Below are positions 1 through 8,075 of a stretch of DNA of 45,703 nucleotides, piece by piece. The DNA comes from an uncultured Salinivenus sp. (lineage in GTDB: Bacteria; Bacteroidota; Rhodothermia; Rhodothermales; Salinibacteraceae): positions 1 through 45,703 of the forward strand of contig CAZRPQ010000001.1 in the NCBI GenBank assembly GCA_964601725.1, written 5' to 3'. Every line of letters starts with the position of its first letter. Position 1 is the first letter of the stretch. The notes beneath the pieces were generated by a model, which was given only the letters and a program-made list of their open reading frames with translations, ran no database searches and had not been told where the DNA came from. The translations under genes were made by a program, and so were the position numbers.

Positions 1-44
1 TAACACTAATGCAGTATTTATCTGTATTCTCATGAGTGCTCTAG

Positions 45-455
45 CCTCTCAAATGCGACTATCATGATCGGTGGGGGAACCATGTAACTGAAAGGCGCTT
101 TTCTGGTCAACTTCTGAGTGAGAGAATCCAGTCCACTGGTTACATCCAGTACGAGTTGCACGATGGCTCAGGAGTTAGTGGGACTGAGCTCAGGCTTGCC
201 CACCGTATGGTGATGAAAGCCTTCGGACCGGAACAGCCCTCCGAGAAGCATGACCATGTCAATCATATTGATGGCAACCGTGCTAACAACCACATTTCGA
301 ATCTCGAATGGGTTACCGCGCAAGAAAACGAGTTGCATAGCAAACTTTTATCACTGCTGGACAAAAATGGCCCAAAGCAGACCGCAGAATTGGTCACTAG
401 ATGGATTAACACTGCCGCCGGACAGCCTCTTTTAGATCTCTCGGATTCTACTTAA
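45..455 (+). pseudogene. NUMOD4/HNH homing-endonuclease-like frame, 5'-truncated
   Basis: Frame is open from 45 (GQLLSERIQSTGYIQYEL...AHRMVMKAF...VNHIDGNRANNHISNLEWVTAQEN), a typical HNH_3 signature. In-frame stops at 33 and 42; first usable start is TTG at 156. Confidence 0.75.
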
Positions 456-478
456 GCTACTGGAATAGACTGCCTGTG

Positions 479-506
479 ATCCAACATAAATTGCGTTATG
501 TGTGGT
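479..506. promoter_or_regulatory. dif/res-like tyrosine-recombinase site (11-6-11)
   Basis: ATCCAACATAA-ATTGCG-TTATGTGTGGT: inverted ACATAA/TTATGT cores around a 6-bp spacer, about 100 bp upstream of the recombinase. Confidence 0.7.
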
Positions 507-607
507 TTTGAGAAGCTGACAGTTTTATTTGGCGATAAAAGAGATTCCAGTAATCCGCCCCTATCGAACTCTGAGATCTAATCTTGCAAGACACAAGCCA
601 CGCCGAA

Positions 608-1693
608 ATGGATGCCTCCGACGATACCCCAACATCAGCCCTTCAGGTCCAAGCCGACAACCCTTCCGACGCTCAAAAAGTCTCTCGCCGTGACGATGAG
701 AATCTACCGTACAATGCCCCCCGTGAGGCAAACTGCTCCATTGACTCGGACCAATTATTGGTAGAACGTTGGCTCGCCGAAAAAAGCGAACGTACTGTGA
801 GCGCATATTCTCGTGACCTTGAGCAGTTTGTCAACTTCGTTGATCTGCCCTTGCGCTATGTCACATTGGGTCACCTACAAGAATATCGCGAACACTTGGT
901 GGATCAGGGATACGCTAAGTCGTCGCAGAAGCGGAAACTCTCTGCTGTTAAAAGTATCTTTACATTTGGGACGAAGCTTCGGTACTTTGCACACAATGTT
1001 GGGGCAGCGCTCTCCACCCCGTCTGTGCGGAACGATCGGGCAGAGCGGATCTTGCCTGAGTCTGACCTATGGGCCATTTTGCGGGACGAAAGGGATCTCC
1101 GAAATCACGTACTGCTTCGTCTCTTCTATGCCTCTGGGGGGCGCATCTCCGACGTCGAAGACCTGCGCTGGCGGGACTTAAAGGACCGGCCCGACCTGAA
1201 GGGTCCCAATGGCCGCCCCGGCGGACAGGTAACTTTCTATGGCAAAGGGGGCAAAACCAGGGCCGTCACGCTGTACAGCAGGGTCTGGAGTCTCATTGTT
1301 CGACTCCGAAACGAGGAAGAAGCTGAAGGCTACGGAGGCCCCGACGATCCAGTTTTCCGCTCCCAGAAAGGCGGTTGCTTGTCCCGGTGGCAGATCTGGA
1401 ACCTCGTTAAGAAAGCTGCAACACGGGCCGGCGTGAAACTCACTGAGAAGACGGATGCCGACGGGGCTGTAAAACTGGACGAAGACGGCGCCCCCATCAT
1501 GACGTCCGAGGTCTCCCCCCACTGGTTTCGACACGCCCACGCCTCGCACGCCCTCCAGAAAGGCGCCGATCTCGAACTCGTGCGCGAGACCCTCGGCCAC
1601 GAGAGCATCGAGACGACCAAGACCTATCTCCACGCTCAGCCTGGAAAGTCATCTTCCTACTACGTCGACGAGGCGCCCGACTTCGACGGGTAG
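608..1693 (+). CDS. Tyrosine recombinase/integrase (Xer-like, plasmid-resolvase type)
   Basis: N-terminal core-binding domain (SERTVSAYSRDL). Catalytic residues R (GGRISD), K (GKGGK), HxxR (HWFRH), H (LGH), Y (TKTY). ATG 608 preferred over TTG 584. Confidence 0.93.
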   Translation: MDASDDTPTSALQVQADNPSDAQKVSRRDDENLPYNAPREANCSIDSDQLLVERWLAEKSERTVSAYSRDLEQFVNFVDLPLRYVTLGHLQEYREHLVDQGYAKSSQKRKLSAVKSIFTFGTKLRYFAHNVGAALSTPSVRNDRAERILPESDLWAILRDERDLRNHVLLRLFYASGGRISDVEDLRWRDLKDRPDLKGPNGRPGGQVTFYGKGGKTRAVTLYSRVWSLIVRLRNEEEAEGYGGPDDPVFRSQKGGCLSRWQIWNLVKKAATRAGVKLTEKTDADGAVKLDEDGAPIMTSEVSPHWFRHAHASHALQKGADLELVRETLGHESIETTKTYLHAQPGKSSSYYVDEAPDFDG

Positions 1694-1698
1694 TTCCT

Positions 1699-2649
1699 TT
1701 ACCCATCGCTTGACCTACCGCGCGCCAGTACATCGAGTTGGTGAGCGATGTAAATCAGATCGCCCTCCTCGATCTGGCGGCGGCGCGTGGAGATCCAGTC
1801 GGAGAAGCCTGCGGGGTCCAGCTCGGGGTGGTCCGCGAGTTCCGTTTCGACGAAGTGCAGAATGTGATGCAGGAAGTACGCTTCATCGCCGGGGTAGCCC
1901 CCATTTCGAGGAACAACGACCCAGTCGGAGGCGCCCGCCTCCAGGAGCATAGCGCCTGCGTCGCGGAGGTGGGTCAGGAGCCGACGCCCACAGTGCGCTC
2001 CGGCCCGGCCTCCCTCCCGGTCGGGCGGTCCCGCCATGCTTTCGTGGTAGAGCCGCTCGATACGAGCGTCGAGATCGGGATCAACCGGGGGCTCAAACGC
2101 CGTTACGCCGTCGAAGTGAATGGGCAGGTACCACAGGCCGCCCTCCCGGAGCAGCGGGCCTAAGGCGCGGAGGGCAGCCGGAATGTCGAGAAGATCGAGG
2201 ACGGCCTGCGCGATAATCGCATCGTAGGACTTCTCCTCGTGGGCGGCCGCCACGTCGAACAAGTCGGCCGTTATGAAGCGGACCGACACCTCAATCGGGC
2301 CGTCCGTCGGGCCGTCCGTCCAGACCTGCGTCTCTTGTCCAGACACGCTATACCCTCGGTCTTGAGCCCAGTCGCGCAACGCGTCCCTCGCTGCCTCAAT
2401 GTTTTCGGCTTCAATGTCAACGAGCGTATAGTGTACGGCATTAGGAGTCCTTCCCTCAAGTGCCTCCACGACCCGCTCCACAGTGGCACCCACGCCCCCT
2501 CCCACCTCCAGGATGCGGACCGGCGATGATTCCGACGGCCCGAGGTCCTCGACAAACTGGGACCAGACGCGCTGATTGAGCGCCCGTGTGTCGACAGTCT
2601 TCTTGGCCCGGAGGTAGCGGGAATAGCTGTAGGTATCGGGCTCGGTCAC
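1699..2649 (-). CDS. Class I SAM-dependent methyltransferase
   Basis: Motif I ILEVGGGVG, followed by VDIE. Likely GTG start at 2649 overlaps the upstream stop (GTGA coupling). Confidence 0.88.
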   Translation of the reverse strand: MTEPDTYSYSRYLRAKKTVDTRALNQRVWSQFVEDLGPSESSPVRILEVGGGVGATVERVVEALEGRTPNAVHYTLVDIEAENIEAARDALRDWAQDRGYSVSGQETQVWTDGPTDGPIEVSVRFITADLFDVAAAHEEKSYDAIIAQAVLDLLDIPAALRALGPLLREGGLWYLPIHFDGVTAFEPPVDPDLDARIERLYHESMAGPPDREGGRAGAHCGRRLLTHLRDAGAMLLEAGASDWVVVPRNGGYPGDEAYFLHHILHFVETELADHPELDPAGFSDWISTRRRQIEEGDLIYIAHQLDVLARGRSSDG

Positions 2650-3746
2650 GAAACGTTGGTCAATTGCGGAGCAGGAGCATTTGCGAGTCGATCGAGGAAC
2701 GACGCCACGCGGCGACAGGTCTCTGTCCACGTCGGCGTGGATCGGTACTGCGCCACCGCGGCACGGCCCAGTTCGGCGAGGCGCTCTCGGTTGGTCCCCC
2801 ACGCGTCGATTGTCTCTGCGATGCCGACGGCCGTCTCGACGAGTCGCCCGGTTTGGCCGTCGCGTACCACGTCGCGCGCACCGCCGTTCGGGCTCGCAAG
2901 GACGGGAAGGCCACGGCCCATCGCCTCGACGTAGACGATGCCGTACCCTTCGTGGGCCGACGGCACAGCGAGCACGTGCGAGGCATCGAGCAGCTGTTTC
3001 AGGCCGTCGTCTGGCAGCTGGCCGTGTACAGACACCCGAGACGGATCACCAAGCCGGCGAATGCGCTCGCGAAGGGTCTCCGTGTATGAGCGGTTCGCCG
3101 TAGCGTCGCCGACGATGTCGAGTCTCCAGGCCGCGGAATCGACGTGCGAGAGCCCTTCAATCAACAGGTCAGGGCGCTTTCGCGGAATGAGATTGCCAAC
3201 GAAGAGAATGCGGAGTGGCCCGTCGGAAGCGGCCCGGCGGTCAATGTCCTCGGTCGATAGTGGCGGTCCGAAGCGGCGTCCGCTGGGGCGGGCCACCACG
3301 TGCGGCCGGGCACCGGCCAGGGACTCGACGGACTGTTTCGTCGATCGGCTGTTGTAGATGCGTGCGTCCGTGGCCCGTAGATAGAGCCACTCCAGGTAGC
3401 GAGTGGCTGCCGTCGAGGGGCCCGAGTGATGCTCCTGGGCACGAAGGTGGTGGACAATGGCGACAATCGGAGCCTCAATGCGTCGCTGCAACCAGTAATT
3501 TCCGACGGCGAGCGACGCGTGGTTGAGTTCGTCCTGGAGAAGGATGTCGAGGTCGGCCGAGGCGAGACGGTCCCAAAACGGAAGGTTCACGTTGTCGACC
3601 GGTCGGAGGGGGTAGGAGCGCTCCGGTTGGGGAAATACAATGACCTCGTCGCCTCGGGCCTCAAGATGCTCGACGAGCTTACGGTCGTAGAGGTACCCGC
3701 CGGACACCTGATTCAGATCTTCGTAAACGATGAGGCCGATGCGCAT
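2646..3746 (-). CDS. Glycosyltransferase family 4 (GT-B)
   Basis: SGGYLYDR N-terminus, FVGNLIPRK, and the EGYGIVYVEAM (Ex7E) motif. Confidence 0.92.
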   Translation of the reverse strand: MRIGLIVYEDLNQVSGGYLYDRKLVEHLEARGDEVIVFPQPERSYPLRPVDNVNLPFWDRLASADLDILLQDELNHASLAVGNYWLQRRIEAPIVAIVHHLRAQEHHSGPSTAATRYLEWLYLRATDARIYNSRSTKQSVESLAGARPHVVARPSGRRFGPPLSTEDIDRRAASDGPLRILFVGNLIPRKRPDLLIEGLSHVDSAAWRLDIVGDATANRSYTETLRERIRRLGDPSRVSVHGQLPDDGLKQLLDASHVLAVPSAHEGYGIVYVEAMGRGLPVLASPNGGARDVVRDGQTGRLVETAVGIAETIDAWGTNRERLAELGRAAVAQYRSTPTWTETCRRVASFLDRLANAPAPQLTNVS

Positions 3747-3779
3747 CAGTAGGGCCAATGGACAATCGGGAAGATCGAA

Positions 3780-4148
3780 TCACGCCGTGTACGAGGCCCA
3801 GGCATCCTCGTCCTCCCAGATCTTCACGGTCGTGTCTAGACCGTCTGTGTCGAGCTGTTCGTGGAGAGACACGCAGAAGATTCGCGAGAAGTGCTCGATG
3901 CTCGGGTTCAGTCCTTCAAACTCCGGAAGATCATTCAGCGTGGCGTCGCGGTACCGGTCGACGAGAGCGTCGAGCGCGTCCTCAACCTCAACGATGTCGA
4001 CGAGGTAGCCGTGCTGATTCAGTTCCTCCCCCTCCAACAGCACTTCAACCTCGAAGTGGTGCGAGTGCCATTCGTTTTCGGGACCGCAGTTCGGGACAGT
4101 AAGGTAATGCTGAGCCACGAAGTCGCGGCGGACCATCAACTGGTACAT
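3780..4148 (-). CDS. 6-pyruvoyl-tetrahydropterin synthase/QueD-family protein (COG0720, atypical, PTPS-IV-like)
   Basis: T-fold signature QHYL...HSHHFEVEV...GYLVDI...LNDLPEFEGLNPSIE...WE. Confidence 0.88.
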   Translation of the reverse strand: MYQLMVRRDFVAQHYLTVPNCGPENEWHSHHFEVEVLLEGEELNQHGYLVDIVEVEDALDALVDRYRDATLNDLPEFEGLNPSIEHFSRIFCVSLHEQLDTDGLDTTVKIWEDEDAWASYTA

Positions 4149-4184
4149 CCTGCTCGGAAGGTGGATTTCGAAAAAGAAGGCGAG

Positions 4185-5234
4185 CTACTCGTACACGAAG
4201 ATCGGCTGCAACATCGACCGGTCCGCCGCCAACTGCTCGTAGACGGACGGCGCCTCGTCGACTGTGAATTGATCCGAAATCAAGCGGCTGGGCTTCACGT
4301 CCCCCAGCAGATCCAGCACCACGGACATCCGGCGATCCTTCGACCACCGCCCCTGGTGTCTCGGATCGATTGTGCTTACCTGACTGGAAATGATGCGCAT
4401 CCGCGACCGATGGAAGTGGCTCCCAAGATCAATCGGAGCCGTTTTCGTTCCGTACCACGACCCCACCACAAGCCGTCCGGCAAACCCGGTGCACTGGACG
4501 GCATCGTTCAGGACGGAGGGCTTCCCCGTAAGCTCGTAGACGAGATCGGCCCGTGCGGAATCGGAGGGCGACGGCGCGTCGCTTGACGGTGCTGCGCCGA
4601 AGACTGCACCCTGCTCCAGCTCCGCGACCGACGCCACGGCCGAAGCCCCCAGCGCTTCGGCGTGGGACCGACGAGAAGCAGCCGGGTCCACGGCCGCGAG
4701 AGTGCCGAGCGGATGGTCGGCGAGGAGGCGTGCTGTCAGAAGCCCCACGACGCCCTGCCCAAAGAGAAGGACGGTCTCCCCAATCATAGGACGGCCGTCC
4801 ATCACCAGGTTCACGGCCGTCTCCAGCGAAGGAATCATCACGGCGTCCGTGGAGGCCACCGACTCCGGGAGCCGAATGAGGGCGCCGGGGGAGGCCAGAA
4901 ACCGAGAGACGTGCGGCTGAAACGAAAAGACAGGCGCGCCTCGCCAGTCGCCGGGGACCTCTTCCCCCAGGGCCTCGACCTCTCCGACGCAGGCATAGCC
5001 ATACGAGATCGGGTAGGACAGGTCATCGCCCTGGAGGGCATCAATCGAGGCGTCGGCGTCGAGGTCACCGGGCACGTTTCCCTGATACACCAGACGCTCA
5101 GTCCCAGGACTGATGGCGGAGTACTCGGTACGCACCCGCACCTCATTCGGGCCGGGCGACGGCACGTCCTCCGCAATCACCTCTGCCTCGCCGGGGGCCG
5201 GGAATTGGACCCGGCGACGGGTGTCCGTGGTCAT
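4185..5234 (-). CDS. Zinc-binding (MDR-family) alcohol dehydrogenase-like protein
   Basis: SAISPGTE, GYACVGEV, Rossmann GQGVVG, GSWYG. Confidence 0.9.
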   Translation of the reverse strand: MTTDTRRRVQFPAPGEAEVIAEDVPSPGPNEVRVRTEYSAISPGTERLVYQGNVPGDLDADASIDALQGDDLSYPISYGYACVGEVEALGEEVPGDWRGAPVFSFQPHVSRFLASPGALIRLPESVASTDAVMIPSLETAVNLVMDGRPMIGETVLLFGQGVVGLLTARLLADHPLGTLAAVDPAASRRSHAEALGASAVASVAELEQGAVFGAAPSSDAPSPSDSARADLVYELTGKPSVLNDAVQCTGFAGRLVVGSWYGTKTAPIDLGSHFHRSRMRIISSQVSTIDPRHQGRWSKDRRMSVVLDLLGDVKPSRLISDQFTVDEAPSVYEQLAADRSMLQPIFVYE

Positions 5235-5281
5235 AGGAACGCTGGTTCTTCAAGACATGAGCGTACGAGCGCTACGACGCA

Positions 5282-6652
5282 CTACTCCGAGGGCGGCCAG
5301 ACTGGATCGCCCTCCAGAACCAGATCCTCTCCGTACCACCGATGCTGGATGTTCTTTAGGCGAGGGAATCCCTCGGCGTCCCCGGACGCATCGGTTCCGT
5401 CGGAGGCAGCGATCGGATCAAGCGCAGAGGTGCCCCCCACGAACATCGGAGCGACCGTAAGGATGACCCGCTGGACCCGTTGCTCCCGCAGAAAGTTCGT
5501 CAGGATCTGCGTGCCCCCCTCCACCATCACGCTCGTGACCTGCCGCTCCCCCAGCGCATCGAGGAGCGAACCTAAACACACGCCTCCATTGGGCGCGCAG
5601 GGGAGTTCAACGACCGTCGCCCCCTTCGATTCGAGGTGTTCGCTACGGCCGTCTTCTGAATCCGGGCCGGTAAAGATGAGAGGATCGGGACCCTCGCAGT
5701 CGAGGAGGCGAGCATCGAGGGGGAAACGAAGCGAGGAGTCCAGCACGATGGGCACAGGGTGGTTTCCCTCACCTCGCCGGACGGTGAGACGAGGGTCGTC
5801 GGCAAGGACCGTTCCGATGCCCACCAGAATGCCGTCGTGAAGGGCCCGAAGGCGATGGGTGAAGCCCAACGATTCTTTGCCACTGATGGAGAGCGGCGAG
5901 CCCGAGGCCGACGCAATGGATCCATCCAGACTCTGCGCATAGGTGAGAGTCACAAATGGAACCTGATTCTGGTCGAAGTAGCGCTCCGCCCGCTGTTCCA
6001 GCGACTGTAGGGAGTTGCCGTGTTTGTTTCCCTGAGAGTGCCCGTTCGTCGGGCCCAGGTCCAGAATGTGCCGCATCCGGTTTACTTTCGTCCGGAGGTA
6101 GTCCGCGTTATGGCGGTTGACGTGCGGCTCTAGGGGGGCACGCTCCGTGATATCAACGCCGTGGGCGGTAAGGTTTTCGATTTTCTCAGGATTGTTCGTG
6201 AGCAGCTGCACCGACGACACGCCGAGGTCGTCCAGAATCCTCGCTGCAATTGCGTAATCGCGTTCGTCGGCGCCATGCCCGAGCATTCGATTCGCCTCGA
6301 CGGTGTCGTATCCCTCATCCTGCAGGTTGTAGGCGCGCAACTTGCTCAGCAACCCAATGCCGCGTCCCTCCTGGCGGAGATAAATGATAATGCCCTGTCC
6401 CTCTTCGGCGACTCGCCGCATGGACGTATCAAGCTGCTCTCCACAGTCGCACCGGAGCGAGCCGAGCACGTCTCCGGTAAAGCACTCGGAATGAGCGCGC
6501 ACGAGAACGTCCTCGCGCCCTTCGACCTCGCCACAGACCAGTGCGAGATGATCCTTGTCGTCTTCGCTGTTCTCGTAAAGCGAGAGCGTAAACTCACCGT
6601 CAGCTGTCGGAATTCGGGCACTGGTAAGACGACGAACGGATGGGATCTCCAT
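5282..6652 (-). CDS. ribA: GTP cyclohydrolase II fused to a RibD C-terminal (pyrimidine reductase) domain
   Basis: HSECFTGDVLGSLRCDC (three Zn-binding Cys), QEGRGIG, TNNPEK. C-terminal YAQSLDG...GIGTVLADDPRLTVR...VMVEGG. Confidence 0.93.
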   Translation of the reverse strand: MEIPSVRRLTSARIPTADGEFTLSLYENSEDDKDHLALVCGEVEGREDVLVRAHSECFTGDVLGSLRCDCGEQLDTSMRRVAEEGQGIIIYLRQEGRGIGLLSKLRAYNLQDEGYDTVEANRMLGHGADERDYAIAARILDDLGVSSVQLLTNNPEKIENLTAHGVDITERAPLEPHVNRHNADYLRTKVNRMRHILDLGPTNGHSQGNKHGNSLQSLEQRAERYFDQNQVPFVTLTYAQSLDGSIASASGSPLSISGKESLGFTHRLRALHDGILVGIGTVLADDPRLTVRRGEGNHPVPIVLDSSLRFPLDARLLDCEGPDPLIFTGPDSEDGRSEHLESKGATVVELPCAPNGGVCLGSLLDALGERQVTSVMVEGGTQILTNFLREQRVQRVILTVAPMFVGGTSALDPIAASDGTDASGDAEGFPRLKNIQHRWYGEDLVLEGDPVWPPSE

Positions 6653-7192
6653 GGTAGAAACGTATTGTAAGTCTCGTTGTGAAGTAATTGGCGGAGCCGA
6701 TGTAACAAATCATCTGGGGAGGCTGCCTCCACCCAGGAACCTCTCGCCGGCGTACTTCCCTGCTTTAGACGGGACATCTGGACGGGATTCGGAGCGACCT
6801 TCCATTCGGAAAACAAGGCACCATTGCACGCCGCAAATCAACCACCGAAATGACCGGTTGCCAGTCGGTGTTTCCCAAGAGGAGGTCCGTTACTTGATTA
6901 GAAGAACTCAGAATCGGGGGACTCGTCCGTCTGGTAATGGGGCGCAGGACCCTTCGGAGATGTCATACTCGTCTCTCACTCCTCCTGTTTTTGGGTGCTT
7001 TTATTCCAATAGCAGAAACGAAAAAGAGGGCAGGTTGGCGGACCAGAAACCTTGAATTATGGTGGAAGCACGTAGTTTTTACCAATTGGGCAAGACTATT
7101 TCCAAACGTTCAAGGTGTCACAACGGTTGGCTATCTTCAATCCAAAGTTCGCCTAATATCTCTTTCTGAACGTTCTCAGCCCCTATCCGAAC

Positions 7193-8026
7193 ATGAGCTT
7201 CAATCCGATTACCGTCGGAGCTCAGTATCCCGGCATTAGCCGCGGACTGAGTGCTGACCTTCTTGCCACCCAGGCCCTTTCCGGGAGAGCACTCCCCATT
7301 TGCACGACTCATGTCGTGGCGGGCAACGGCGTGGTGACGGATGTGTTAAACGTTCCCACTGATACCGTTTCGGCACAATTGGAACATGTGTTGGAAACGA
7401 GGAGTCCGACCAGCGCCAAGGTGGGAATCATTGGGGCCTCCCCAACTGTAGCCCGGGTATTCGACCATCTGAATCGACTGGAGGGACCCATCGTCTTTGA
7501 CCTCACGATCAGTGGTCCCAGCGGAGAAGATGTGCTGGGCCAGCAAGGCCTCGATGAGGTTATGAACCACCTCAGCGCGCCGGATCTCGTGACCATTCGG
7601 CTTACCGATGCCTCCCTGGTGGCGGGCATGGAGATTCCGAGTCTCGACGACGCACAAGTGGCGGCCCAGCGCCTCGCCCAGCAGGGAGCACGTCGCGTCC
7701 TTATCCGCTGCGGAAAACTCCCGACCCACTTTTACGATAAGGAGGCCACGCCTCCGGACTACGCACTGGACCTGTTTTACGATGGTGAAGATTTTGCCCT
7801 CTTTGAAGCTCCGTACCTGTCTGGCCTCGACGAGCATCACGGAGCCTCAAGCGGTCTTCTCCTGCCCTTGCTCAAAAATCTGCAAAGCGGAATGGAGCTT
7901 GAGCCCGCCCTTCAGAAAGCTAAGGGCCGCGTATCGGAGGCTCTGCGAGCGGCTCAACAGCAAGAGAATCAAGGGGTGACCTTCTTTGACGCCCTTGAGA
8001 AAGAACCGACAATCTCGGAGGTTTGA
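7193..8026 (+). CDS. ThiD (HMP/HMP-P kinase)-like protein with degenerate catalytic motifs
   Basis: ThiD-like scaffold (GLSADL, VSAQL, AKVG, LVAGMEI, LAQQGARRVLI), but the usual HGTGC motif reads HGASS. Confidence 0.75.
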   Translation: MSFNPITVGAQYPGISRGLSADLLATQALSGRALPICTTHVVAGNGVVTDVLNVPTDTVSAQLEHVLETRSPTSAKVGIIGASPTVARVFDHLNRLEGPIVFDLTISGPSGEDVLGQQGLDEVMNHLSAPDLVTIRLTDASLVAGMEIPSLDDAQVAAQRLAQQGARRVLIRCGKLPTHFYDKEATPPDYALDLFYDGEDFALFEAPYLSGLDEHHGASSGLLLPLLKNLQSGMELEPALQKAKGRVSEALRAAQQQENQGVTFFDALEKEPTISEV

Positions 8027-8075
8027 CCGACCCTGCGTATCTGAGTCCCAACTACATGGCAACATTCCCATCCCT

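Larger units (their letters stand above)
1..1693. mobile_element. Right edge of an integrated element or genomic island
   Basis: AT-richer than the rest of the window (52 of the first 120 nt are G+C), with HNH remnant, recombination site and recombinase. Left boundary lies outside the window. Confidence 0.65.

Noticed and set aside
3780-4148. Annotation as queD in queuosine synthesis
   Set aside because: Lacks the Cx3HGH motif and has no queC/queE/folE context.
6652-7000. FMN or SAM riboswitch upstream of ribA
   Set aside because: No FMN consensus blocks. Scattered ATCAAG/GGCAACC/GGTGCC words on the minus strand recall SAM-I, but the GAG..GAGGGA kink-turn segment is missing. An Infernal scan would be decisive.
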